From an uncultured Dehalococcoidia bacterium (GTDB taxonomy: Bacteria > Chloroflexota > Dehalococcoidia > UBA6926): DNA of 64,000 nt. Made by a program: the position numbers and the translations under genes. A model generated the notes under the pieces. That model saw only the letters and a list, made by a program, of their open reading frames with translations, was not told the DNA's origin and searched no databases. Positions 45,112 to 54,384 of this stretch are shown here, piece after piece (the first letter of the stretch is position 1; every line of letters begins with the position of its first letter). The DNA lies in NCBI GenBank assembly GCA_964405845.1, contig CAYOPL010000013.1, positions 305 to 64,304 on the forward strand. Reading direction: 5' to 3'.

Positions 45112-45661
45112 GCCGCTCATCGTCATCGGAGAGCGCGTCGGCCTGAGAGACAAGGCCGAGATGGACGCGTGGAACGATTACCTCTGGCGCTCGGACGACG
45201 AGCTCGCCGAGCTGGACGCCACTTACCCCCTCCAGATGACCTATGAGCAGTACGCCCCCATCCACAAGGACGATCTCAACTACATCTCCAAACGCAGTCA
45301 CCGTTTTGCCATCGTCGAACTCTCAGAGGGCAAGCACATCGGCAACTGCATGTATTACGACCTTGACCGGCGCGCCAAGGAGGCCGAACTCGGCATCATG
45401 ATAGGCGACCGCGCCTACTGGAACGGCGGATACGGCACAGACGCCGTCAAACTCCTTACAAGCTGGATGTTCAACCAGTTGGAGCTAAACCGCGTCTACC
45501 TCAAGACGCTGGACTGGAACGTCCGCGCCCAGCGCGCGTTCGGCAAAGCGGGTTTCATCCAAACCGGCTTCCGCGAACAGGGCCGCTACCGCTTCATGCT
45601 CATGGACATCAAGCGCGATGTTTGGGAGCAGATGCAGCCGGACACAACCGAAACAGCCTAA
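45095..45661 (+). CDS. GNAT family N-acetyltransferase (RimJ/RimL-like)
   Basis: IGDRAYWNGGYGTDAVKLL...NVRAQRAFGKAGF. Confidence 0.7.
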   Translation: MPARTKPLIVIGERVGLRDKAEMDAWNDYLWRSDDELAELDATYPLQMTYEQYAPIHKDDLNYISKRSHRFAIVELSEGKHIGNCMYYDLDRRAKEAELGIMIGDRAYWNGGYGTDAVKLLTSWMFNQLELNRVYLKTLDWNVRAQRAFGKAGFIQTGFREQGRYRFMLMDIKRDVWEQMQPDTTETA

Positions 45662-46041
45662 TCCAACACCGCCGTCGCTTCCACCTCTATCAAATAGTCC
45701 GGGTGGGCCAGGCCGCTGATGAACAGCAGCGTGCTCGCTGGCGGATCGTTCGGAATGTGACGCTGCCGTGCCGCTCGATATCCTTCGATGTCCTCGCGCC
45801 GTGTCAGGAATGTCGTAACCTTGACGACGTTTGCCCACGTCGCGCCGACCGACCCGAGCGCGACCTCAAGATTGCTGAACACCTGCTCCGCCTGCTCCTC
45901 AATACTGCCGACACCGACGATTTCTCCGGCTGCATTCTGGGATGTCTGACCGGCAATGTGGATAAAATTGCCAACCTTCACTACTTGCGTGTACGCCGCC
46001 GGCTTGCTCAGCCCGTCCGGTTGTATTCGCTCGATCGCCAT
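45658..46041 (-). CDS. ridA: RidA/YjgF family reactive-intermediate deaminase
   Basis: 127 aa. PAAYTQVVKVGNFIHIAGQ...TTFL...PASTLLFISGLAHPDYLIEVEA are the canonical RidA motifs. Confidence 0.85.
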   Translation of the reverse strand: MAIERIQPDGLSKPAAYTQVVKVGNFIHIAGQTSQNAAGEIVGVGSIEEQAEQVFSNLEVALGSVGATWANVVKVTTFLTRREDIEGYRAARQRHIPNDPPASTLLFISGLAHPDYLIEVEATAVLD

Positions 46042-46063
46042 GATTCTGCCCCCTATCCCTTGT

Positions 46064-47212
46064 TCAATTCTGATTCATCCTGAGCGCAGCAGCGAGTGAT
46101 TCCCCAAACTCGCGCGCTTGCCATTCTCGCACGACGGATGCCCCCTCCCCTGTCTCATCATCCAGCAGCGACGGATCACGCGCCAAGCGTTCCAGGCTCT
46201 GCATCGGCCAGAGAAGAGCGGGGTCGAGACCCAAAGCCTCGCCCTCTCCACTCCGCCATGCCTTGAGGTCGCGCAGCCGGTCAGTCTGCTCTCGGGTGGG
46301 CCGCCCTTCCAGGCCGTTGGGGCTTGAATTGCCGTTTCGCGGTCGCGTGACAGGCGGCGACGCAAGGCCGCGTTCACGCGCCCGTTGCAGCCGTTTGCCA
46401 TACCGTCGCAGTGGGTTCGCCGGTATGCCCTCAATCTCGGTCAAATCATCGCTCCCCGCCGCTGCAATGGTGGTCAGAACCGCATCGCTCAGAATCTTGA
46501 ACGGCGGCATGTCGCGCCGCACGCCTTCGTTGTGACGAAATACGTACAGCTCGCGGAGCACAGCCAGTTCCTGCGGTCCCAATGCCCGGCTGCCCTTGGC
46601 GTTCAAGAATGCAATCTCCGGTGGATCAGGCGGGCGATACCGAACGCTCTCCAGTCGCCGAAACTCTTCCTTAACCCATTCAACACGCCCCAGCTCCTCG
46701 AGCCGCCGCCCCAGTTCGTCACGCAGGCCCTGTAGGTGCAGAACGTCGTCAACGGCATATTGGAGCGCCTCATCGGGCAGCGGCCGCACGGTCCAATCCG
46801 CCCGTTGAAGATTCTTGGATTTCACAATCGCCACGCCAAGCGCATCCTTCAGGACCGAGTCCAGCCCAACACGTCGCATCCCGCAGAACTGTGCCGCAAT
46901 GCTCGTGTCAAACACGTTAGCAACCCGGAACGACCATTCTTTGTCCAGTACGCGGACATCATTGGAAGCGGCGTGGATGACCTTTTCAACGTCCGGATTC
47001 GTCATCAGCTTTCCCAGTGGCGCGACATCATCCTGCGTCAACCCGAGCGGGTCGATGACCCATGCTCTGCCACCTACCGCTACCTGCACAAGGCAGACCC
47101 GATCAGGAAAGCGATGGAAACTGTTGGATTCGGTATCAATGACGATGCACTGTTCGCGGGACAGCCGCTCAACCAGCCCGGCAAGGCCGTCGGCGTCATC
47201 GATGATTTCCAC
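46064..47212 (-). CDS. rnd: Ribonuclease D (DEDDy 3'-5' exonuclease plus HRDC domain)
   Basis: IVIDTESNSF (Exo I), HAASNDVRVL (Exo II), YAVDDVLHL (Exo III). Confidence 0.8.
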   Translation of the reverse strand: MEIIDDADGLAGLVERLSREQCIVIDTESNSFHRFPDRVCLVQVAVGGRAWVIDPLGLTQDDVAPLGKLMTNPDVEKVIHAASNDVRVLDKEWSFRVANVFDTSIAAQFCGMRRVGLDSVLKDALGVAIVKSKNLQRADWTVRPLPDEALQYAVDDVLHLQGLRDELGRRLEELGRVEWVKEEFRRLESVRYRPPDPPEIAFLNAKGSRALGPQELAVLRELYVFRHNEGVRRDMPPFKILSDAVLTTIAAAGSDDLTEIEGIPANPLRRYGKRLQRARERGLASPPVTRPRNGNSSPNGLEGRPTREQTDRLRDLKAWRSGEGEALGLDPALLWPMQSLERLARDPSLLDDETGEGASVVREWQAREFGESLAAALRMNQN

Positions 47213-47235
47213 CCGTGCGGGGCGGTTGCTCCAGG

Positions 47236-49461
47236 TCAGTTCAGTTTCTCCAATCCGGCAAGTCCGGCCAGGAGGCGCTTGACGCCCTGACCTTTGAAAG
47301 CGACTGTTACCTCAAAATCGTCGCGTGTCGGCGTCTCTAAACACGCCACAACAACGCCCTGTCCAAACCGCGCGTGGCCCACGTGGTCTCCGGGCCTGAA
47401 TGGCGCAGGCGCCTTTGGCACGTCCAACTCCGGCTCCGGCATCGGCTCCCGCGGCCCAAAGAATCCGGAGAGCGACGGCATCCGCCGCTTAACCAGGTTG
47501 TCCGGCAGACTCTGGAGAAAACGCGACGCCTTGCGCGGCCCGTATTGCCCCCGCATGTTGCGCCGTAGCGCATACGTCATATAGAGCCGCTCCATCGCTC
47601 GCGTCATACCCACGTAGCACAGGCGGCGCTCCTCCTCCATCTCTGCCGGATCACCCGACTCAACGGATCGGATATGCGGCAACAGCTCTTCTTCACAACC
47701 CACGATGAACGCGACGGGAAACTCCAGCCCCTTGGCCTGGTGCAGTGTAATGAGGGTTACAGCGTCCTGCCGCTCCGAGCCTTCCTCACGGATCGCAGCA
47801 TCAAGGTCCGTCGACAGCGCCACCTGGTCAAGGAATGCCGCGAAAGCCTCTTCCGGGGGCAGCGCCTGGTATTGGGCTGCGACGTTTCGCAGCTCCTCGA
47901 CGTTGTCGAGCCGATCCTCCGCGTTCTCGTCCTCCTCAAGAAAGTCCCTATAGCTTGTCTTGCTCAACACCTGGTCGAAAAACTCGAGAACGTCCTCGCC
48001 CTGCAATGCCTCAATCAGTTCCGTCATCATCTGGACGAAAGCCCTCACGGGACCAATCGACTGTGCTGGCAGGCTCGGCCTTCTCGGTTCCTGCTCGTCC
48101 GCCGCAACCTGCATTGCCGCGTACAGCGGGATGTTGTTGGCCTCCGCCCATTGCTGCAATAGGTCCAGCGACCGCCGGCCGATGCCGCGCGTCGGAGTGT
48201 TCACGATACGAAGCAGGCTGATGTCGTCGAACGGATTACGCAAAACGCGCAGGTAAGCGACAACATCCCTGATCTCACGCCGCTCCCAGAAACGCAGCCC
48301 ACCGATGATGCGGTACCGGATTCCTGCTCGGTTGAACGCATCCTCAAACGCACGAGACTGCGCGTTCGTGCGGTACATAATCGCGCAATCGCCGTACCTC
48401 ACCTTGTCCTCTGCAACGAGCCGTTCAATCTCCTCCGCGACGTACAGCGCCTCGTATTCCTCATCTTCCGTGGGCTCAATAGTTACCGGTCGTCCGCTGC
48501 CCTTCTCTGCCGTCAGCTCGATCTCTTTCCGGCCCTCATTAACCTTCACGAGCGCGTGGGCTGCCTCAACAATCGTGGACGTGGAGCGGTAATTCCGGCC
48601 GAGCGGGATTGTTTGGGTTTCCGGGAAATCACGCTCGAAACGCAAGATGTTCTCGATGTCCGCATGTCTCCACGCATAGATGGACTGATCAGGGTCACCA
48701 ACGACGCATAAGCTCTGGTGCTTTCCGGCCACAAGGGCCGTCAGTTCATACTGCGCTCGATTCGTGTCCTGCCATTCATCAACCATCACATGGTCATAGC
48801 GGTTCTGAAGCTTGTCTCTCACTTCGGGATTCGACCGTAGCAATAGCACCGGCTTCATCAGCAGATCATCAAAGTCAACCGCATGCGCGGCTTGCAGATA
48901 CTGCTCATACCGGTCATAGCACGAGGCTACGATTCTCTCATAACGGTTTCCGGCCTGCGCTGTGTAGTCGCCAACAGTCTGCATCCTGTTCTTGGCGCCG
49001 CTAACAGCATCCAATAGAGAGGCGGGGCGATAGGTGCGGGGATCAAGGCCTTCAGCTTCAGCGACACGTCGCATCAGGTTGGTTTGATCATCCTGGTCGT
49101 AGATGACGAAGTCGTTGGGAACATGAATCTCGTCGCCGTATTCGCGCAGAATACGCGCTCCAAACGCATGAAACGTCCCCATCGTCAACTGATTGGCACG
49201 GTCTCCGATAAGTCCCTCAACGCGGGAGCGCATCTCACGCGCCGCCCTGTTCGTAAAGGTGACCGCCAAAATGCGACGCGGATTCACGCCGAGTGTCCGC
49301 ACAAGGTACGCAATGCGGTGCGTAATAACCCGCGTCTTGCCGGATCCCGGCCCGGCAATGATCAAAACGGGGCCGTCGACAGCCTCAACTGCTCGGCGTT
49401 GATCCTCATTCAGGTTGTGGAGAATATCACGCGCTGCTGCGGTAGTCATAGGAGAAACCAA
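47236..49461 (-). CDS. pcrA: ATP-dependent DNA helicase, UvrD/PcrA family
   Basis: LNEDQRRAVEAVDGPVLIIAGPGSGKTRVITHRIAYL (motif I) plus the other SF1 motifs. Carries a C-terminal extension domain. Confidence 0.88.
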   Translation of the reverse strand: MVSPMTTAAARDILHNLNEDQRRAVEAVDGPVLIIAGPGSGKTRVITHRIAYLVRTLGVNPRRILAVTFTNRAAREMRSRVEGLIGDRANQLTMGTFHAFGARILREYGDEIHVPNDFVIYDQDDQTNLMRRVAEAEGLDPRTYRPASLLDAVSGAKNRMQTVGDYTAQAGNRYERIVASCYDRYEQYLQAAHAVDFDDLLMKPVLLLRSNPEVRDKLQNRYDHVMVDEWQDTNRAQYELTALVAGKHQSLCVVGDPDQSIYAWRHADIENILRFERDFPETQTIPLGRNYRSTSTIVEAAHALVKVNEGRKEIELTAEKGSGRPVTIEPTEDEEYEALYVAEEIERLVAEDKVRYGDCAIMYRTNAQSRAFEDAFNRAGIRYRIIGGLRFWERREIRDVVAYLRVLRNPFDDISLLRIVNTPTRGIGRRSLDLLQQWAEANNIPLYAAMQVAADEQEPRRPSLPAQSIGPVRAFVQMMTELIEALQGEDVLEFFDQVLSKTSYRDFLEEDENAEDRLDNVEELRNVAAQYQALPPEEAFAAFLDQVALSTDLDAAIREEGSERQDAVTLITLHQAKGLEFPVAFIVGCEEELLPHIRSVESGDPAEMEEERRLCYVGMTRAMERLYMTYALRRNMRGQYGPRKASRFLQSLPDNLVKRRMPSLSGFFGPREPMPEPELDVPKAPAPFRPGDHVGHARFGQGVVVACLETPTRDDFEVTVAFKGQGVKRLLAGLAGLEKLN

Positions 49462-49512
49462 TCTCCGTCAATCATACCAGTGACTCGTCTTTTTCAAAGC
49501 GCAAAATAGTTT

Positions 49513-49536
49513 AGGGGCGGCTCGTAAGCCGCCCCT
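49513..49536 (-). terminator. Hairpin aggggcggctc-gta-agccgcccct. Near-identical stem to the 36622-36656 hairpin; candidate terminator for the TPP-enzyme gene.
   Basis: 10-bp perfect stem. Shares the GGGCGGCTCGTRAGCCGCCC core with the other site. Confidence 0.45.
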
Positions 49537-49563
49537 GACATCTGCCTCATGGTGCGAGTCGAA

Positions 49564-51225
49564 CTAGGACTGCTTGGCCAGAGCCAGCGCCCGCTCCATC
49601 ATGTCCGGCGGGGGAGAGAACATCTGGAACGGGTTCGGCATCACGCCCAGCGGCACCTCGATTAGTGCCGGCGCCTCCGCCTTGAGCGCCTCCTCTACCT
49701 GTGTCGTCAGCTGCTCCGGCGTCTCCGCTCGCCTGCCCTGCGCGCCGAACGACTCCGCGAACTTCACGAAGTCCGGGTTATGCAGGTCGGATGCGATGAT
49801 GCGGTGATTGAAGGCGGTGTCCTGTGTGCGGCGCACGTTGCCGTACGCGCTGTCATTGAACACCACTGTCACCAGGTTGATGCCGTAGTTGACAGCCGTC
49901 GAAAGCTCCTGCGCGCCGTACAGGAAACCGCCGTCGCCAGAAATCGCGACAACCGGTCGATCCGGATTCCCAACCTTCACGCCGAGCGCCGTGTTAAAGC
50001 CGTAACCGAGTGTGCCCTGGTACCCCGCCCCAATGTAACTGCGCGGGGAATACACCGGGAAACCCTGGTTGGAGAAGTAGCCAACCTGTGTGACTTCCGT
50101 GACGAAGATGCCTTCCTCCGGCAACGCCTTGCGAATCGCGCCTGCGAACTCGGAAACGGGCGACATGGCCGCCAGCTTCTCCTGAACAGTGGCTCGAACG
50201 GCGGCCATCTCCTCGTCACGTGAATCACGCGACTTGTTGTGGCGCGGCACCCGCCGACCGAGGTCGGCGAGCGCGGCTCTCGCATCCGCCACGATGCCGA
50301 TGTCCGGTGCGACGTTCCTGTCCAGCTCGGAATCATCAATATCGACATGTATAACAGTCTGATCCTCATCCGTCGGATAAGGATTGGGGCCGGGCATCAC
50401 GAATCGCGTTCCAACCGCGAGAATCACATCTGCATTAGGTAGCAAGTCATATGCGGCGATGGACGGCAACGCGAGCGGGTGACGATCTGAGAGCGCTCCG
50501 CGCCCGTTCTGGGAAACAACCACCGGCGCGCCAAGCATCTCCGCCAGTTCCTGCAATTCCGCAGTTGCCTCGCTGGTGATGATGCCGCCACCCACAAAGA
50601 TCAGCGGCCTCTTCGAGTTGCCAAGGGCTTGCGCGGCCTTTTCGAGCAGGTCCGGGTCACCTTCACTCTGTCGTGGCATCCCGGGCTCATAGAACTCAAC
50701 CTCCGCCTCGGCCATCAGGACATCGACGGGAATCTCAATCTCTACCGGGCGGGGCCTGCCGGACTTGAGTTGATAAAAGGCTTCATCGACCAGTCCGGGC
50801 ACTTCCGCCGCATCCATAGCGCGACCTGCCCACTTAGTGACGGCGTCAATGGTCTCAAGCTGGTTCTTGATCTCATGCAGCGCGCCCCTGCCCTTACCGA
50901 GATGATGCGTGGGAATCTGTCCGGCAATGCAGAGCACCTGGGAGTTGGTGGCATACGCAGTCGACAGACCCGCCGCCGCGTTCAACAGCCCCGGCCCCGG
51001 CACGACAATGCACACGCCAATCTTGCCGGTTGAGCGCGCGTAGCCGTCCGCCATGTATGACGTGCCCTGCTCATGCCGGGTGTGAATCACACGGATGGAA
51101 TCCTTTTCGTCATACAGCGCGTCGAACGCCCAGTCGAGCTGCACGCCGGGCAGTCCGAAGACCACCTCCACGCCCTCACGCTTCAGGGCCTGTACGAGGG
51201 CCTGTCCTCCCGTTAGACGCGGCAT
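49564..51225 (-). CDS. Thiamine-pyrophosphate-dependent enzyme of the acetolactate-synthase large-subunit family
   Basis: N-terminal TPP Pyr domain (GVEVVFGLPG) and C-terminal TPP-binding GDGGF...N motif. Start at ATG 51225 with a GGAGGT SD. Confidence 0.75.
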   Translation of the reverse strand: MPRLTGGQALVQALKREGVEVVFGLPGVQLDWAFDALYDEKDSIRVIHTRHEQGTSYMADGYARSTGKIGVCIVVPGPGLLNAAAGLSTAYATNSQVLCIAGQIPTHHLGKGRGALHEIKNQLETIDAVTKWAGRAMDAAEVPGLVDEAFYQLKSGRPRPVEIEIPVDVLMAEAEVEFYEPGMPRQSEGDPDLLEKAAQALGNSKRPLIFVGGGIITSEATAELQELAEMLGAPVVVSQNGRGALSDRHPLALPSIAAYDLLPNADVILAVGTRFVMPGPNPYPTDEDQTVIHVDIDDSELDRNVAPDIGIVADARAALADLGRRVPRHNKSRDSRDEEMAAVRATVQEKLAAMSPVSEFAGAIRKALPEEGIFVTEVTQVGYFSNQGFPVYSPRSYIGAGYQGTLGYGFNTALGVKVGNPDRPVVAISGDGGFLYGAQELSTAVNYGINLVTVVFNDSAYGNVRRTQDTAFNHRIIASDLHNPDFVKFAESFGAQGRRAETPEQLTTQVEEALKAEAPALIEVPLGVMPNPFQMFSPPPDMMERALALAKQS

Positions 51226-51313
51226 GATCCACCTACCTCCCCTGCGCCTTGTCGACGCCTGCATTAGTTATGTCTGCCATTATGACGCACTTGGCGAGAT
51301 GCCGCGCATCCTT

Positions 51314-52345
51314 TTAAGGAACGAGCAGCGGATGCTCCTCGGTAACAATCCACGTCTCCGCCGCCAGCGCGTCTCGCAGGGGCTTTGGCAGCGAAAAGAT
51401 GTGACGGTGCGTAATCCCGTCGTAGTAACCGAGGCTAACGTCGATTCGATCCGCGATGAGTGCATCAACCTGCTCCGGCGCAAGTCCGGCAGGGTCTTCA
51501 CTGCCCTTCGACGCCAGAACAAAGCTCCAGGCACCTCCAAAGTCCATGATCACCGGGCTGTATCCGGTGACGACCGGGAAGACGGAGTCCAATGTGTGAT
51601 AGAGCGCCGTGAATCCGCGGACGAGATCAGTCAATGCCTCCGGTTCGTGGCTGTTCGAATCCGTCGCAGGCCCTGCCGTCATGCCCGCGATGGCCGGGCC
51701 GGACTGCACAACGAGCGCCCCGCTCTCCGTTAGTCGATCGCTCGCCATGCGATAGAACTCTTGCGTATAGAGGCGGAAGGCAGGCCCGGCTTCCATCGGG
51801 TCCACGAGGTCGAGAATCATCACGTCAAACGGCTCAGCGGTGTTCTCTAGGTACGCAAGCGCGTCCTCATGACGCACCTCAACCCGTGGATCGTCAAAAG
51901 CGCCCTGGTGCCACGTGGGAAGATGCTCCTTGCAGAGGCTTACAACTTCCTCATCAAGGTCAACCATCACGACGCTCTCAACGGAGCGATGCCGCAGCGC
52001 TTCCCTTAATGTCGCCCCCTCGCCGCCACCGCCAATGAACACCCGGCGCGGCGTGGGATGATGGAGCATTACCGGATGAACGAGCGCCTCGTGATAGACG
52101 TACTCATCCGACTGGCTGGATTGCGTCTTGCCATCCAGGCGCAGGACACGCCCAAACGGCTCCGTGTCAAAGATCTCGACTTTCTGGTACTTCGTCTGGC
52201 CTGAGTAGACGACACTGCTGATGCGGGTTAGTTGGTGGAGAGATGGCGTGACGGCTTCTGTCGTCCATTCTCTGCTGGAATAAGGAAGCGCGTCCTGGCT
52301 GCTGGGGTCGTTGCCCGCAGCCGGTTGATCAGGCGCCCGGGACAC
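51314..52345 (-). CDS. speE: Polyamine aminopropyltransferase (spermidine synthase) with an N-terminal extension
   Basis: VFIGGGGEGATLRE...MILDLVDP are SpeE motifs. Confidence 0.8.
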   Translation of the reverse strand: MSRAPDQPAAGNDPSSQDALPYSSREWTTEAVTPSLHQLTRISSVVYSGQTKYQKVEIFDTEPFGRVLRLDGKTQSSQSDEYVYHEALVHPVMLHHPTPRRVFIGGGGEGATLREALRHRSVESVVMVDLDEEVVSLCKEHLPTWHQGAFDDPRVEVRHEDALAYLENTAEPFDVMILDLVDPMEAGPAFRLYTQEFYRMASDRLTESGALVVQSGPAIAGMTAGPATDSNSHEPEALTDLVRGFTALYHTLDSVFPVVTGYSPVIMDFGGAWSFVLASKGSEDPAGLAPEQVDALIADRIDVSLGYYDGITHRHIFSLPKPLRDALAAETWIVTEEHPLLVP

Positions 52346-52778
52346 CGGCTAAGTCGTGCTCCGAGCGGGCCACGGTACTCACGGGCGGCTCTATCTGCCC
52401 GCGCTGCAATGTGACAACCGACCGATCCTGCGACCCGAAAGCATCGGCGATGTGCTGGGTCGCCTCTTCAAGGCGTGAGGTATCACCGCACGTGAAGATA
52501 TCAACGGCAGCGTAGCCGTGCTCCGGCCACGTATGAATACAGATGTGAGATTCGGCAATGATGACGACGCCGGTAACACCCTGGGGGCTGAACTGGTGAA
52601 ATGCGTGTCCGATAATCGTCGCGCCAATACGTCTCGCTGTGTCTATGAGCGTGGATTCAACGTTCTGCAGATCATCAAGCGCATTGGCATCACAATCGCG
52701 GAGTTCCACCAGCACATGCGTCCCTAGAGCATTCAATCTCACCTTCCCCCACATCAAGATTTTTGGCGCAAGCGCCAT
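52329..52778 (-). CDS. speH: S-adenosylmethionine decarboxylase proenzyme (small bacterial/archaeal SpeH type)
   Basis: GVVIIAESHICIHTWPEHGYAAVDIFTCG contains the self-processing E-S motif. Confidence 0.8.
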   Translation of the reverse strand: MALAPKILMWGKVRLNALGTHVLVELRDCDANALDDLQNVESTLIDTARRIGATIIGHAFHQFSPQGVTGVVIIAESHICIHTWPEHGYAAVDIFTCGDTSRLEEATQHIADAFGSQDRSVVTLQRGQIEPPVSTVARSEHDLAGVPGA

Positions 52779-52982
52779 TATACGGGCGGCGTTCGCGCCG
52801 AATCAATAGGATATCCACGCGCCTCGCGGCGAGTTCCCTCTAACAAGACGGCGGCGCGCTGCTGGTGCAGCGCGCCGCATCTCTTTGGCACTTTCCCCTA
52901 CCCTTGGGAAGCGCCGTTCCCCCATCCATCCTTTTTGCGCGAGGAGATGGCTATGGGAGAAGGAGGAGTGAAATCACTTTAC

Positions 52983-52996
52983 CGAACGTGCGTTCG
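52983..52996. promoter_or_regulatory. Palindrome CGAACG-tg-CGTTCG in the divergent speH / acyl-CoA dehydrogenase intergenic region
   Basis: Perfect 6-bp inverted repeat with a 2-bp spacer, read directly. Confidence 0.35.
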
Positions 52997-53133
52997 CTTG
53001 TCAACCCCTTTTTGGATGATTTGTTCGAAATCTCTCCAAATGGGTATTGCCCACAAGACATGGTCGGGGCATAGTAGCGGCGCGGACGGCGACTGACGCT
53101 CTGTGAACAGACGAGGAGAAGGGACGCGACGCC

Positions 53134-54324
53134 ATGGATTTCAGTTACTCCGAACAGGACGAGGCCCTGCGTAAAGAGGTGCGCGAGTTCGTGGAGGCCA
53201 ACTGGCACTCGCCCTACGAATCCCACATCAATTCCGTCTATTCCTACGACGTCGACACGCCGGAAGATGAGGTTCTCTTCCAGGAATTCACCCGCAAGCT
53301 CGCCGACAAGGGCTGGTACACCATGCACTGGCCCCGTGAGTACGGCGGGCAGGCCGTCCCCTTCACTACTCAGATCGCCTACCGCGAGGAGATGGCCTAT
53401 CGCGGCGCACCCATCGCGCAGCCCGGCTTTGAAGCGCCCATGCTCATGTTCCACGGCCAGCCCTGGCAGAGGGACTTCTTCCTGCCAAAGATTGCCAGCG
53501 GCGAGCTCATCTCATGGTCGCAGGGCTTCAGCGAGCCAAACGCGGGCGCGGACCTTGCAAACCTCCAGACTCGCGCCGTGCGCGACGGCGACGACTGGGT
53601 CGTGACCGGCCAGAAAATCTGGAACAGCCAAGGACATCATCCGTGGGTCGATTGGGGTCACTACCTTGTACGGACGGACCCGGACGCGCCGAAACACCGT
53701 GGCATCTCCTATCTCATCATTGATATGAACACTCCGGGCGTCGTCAAGCGGCCGCTGATGGACGCGCTTGGCCGCCGTCGCTGGAGCGAGATCTTCCTGG
53801 ACAATGTCCGCGTCCCCTCCCGTAACGTCATCGGCGAGGAGAATCGCGGCTGGTACGCTGCCATGACGACGCTTTCCTTTGAACGCTCGCAGATTGAAGC
53901 TCCGGCGCGGCGGCTGCGCGATCTTGAACGGTTCATCGACTACGCTCGTGAGGCTCGCATCAACGGTGGCCGGCTGATCGACCCCAAGCAGACGCGGCAT
54001 CTTCTTGCGGACGCCCGCATCCTCATTGAAACGGGCCGAATGCTCGCCCTTCAGGTGGCATCCATCCAGAGCAAGGGCGAGGTCCCGATGATGGAGGCGG
54101 CGTTCTCCAAGCTGTTCCATGACGAGATGACGCCCCGGGTGTATGAAACGATCGCGCGGATTTTAGGATCAGACTCGGCCATGACGGTCGGCGAGCCGCG
54201 AGCGCCTTTGGGCGGCTACCCCGCCGTCAACTCCTACCTGAGTTGGATGAACCGATTCGCCGGAGGCGGCCGTGAAATCCAGTTGAACATCATCGCCCAG
54301 CGCGGCCTCGGCCTTCCCCGCTAG
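53134..54324 (+). CDS. Acyl-CoA dehydrogenase (paralog 1)
   Basis: 396 aa. WSQGFSEPNAGADL...DDWVVTGQKIW ACAD motifs. C-terminal ...GGGREIQLNIIAQRGLGLPR. Confidence 0.85.
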   Translation: MDFSYSEQDEALRKEVREFVEANWHSPYESHINSVYSYDVDTPEDEVLFQEFTRKLADKGWYTMHWPREYGGQAVPFTTQIAYREEMAYRGAPIAQPGFEAPMLMFHGQPWQRDFFLPKIASGELISWSQGFSEPNAGADLANLQTRAVRDGDDWVVTGQKIWNSQGHHPWVDWGHYLVRTDPDAPKHRGISYLIIDMNTPGVVKRPLMDALGRRRWSEIFLDNVRVPSRNVIGEENRGWYAAMTTLSFERSQIEAPARRLRDLERFIDYAREARINGGRLIDPKQTRHLLADARILIETGRMLALQVASIQSKGEVPMMEAAFSKLFHDEMTPRVYETIARILGSDSAMTVGEPRAPLGGYPAVNSYLSWMNRFAGGGREIQLNIIAQRGLGLPR

Positions 54325-54384
54325 TCAGCACTTGCCCGCAACACATAGACGGGCGCATAGTAGCGGCGATTGGGGGGAGTGGCT

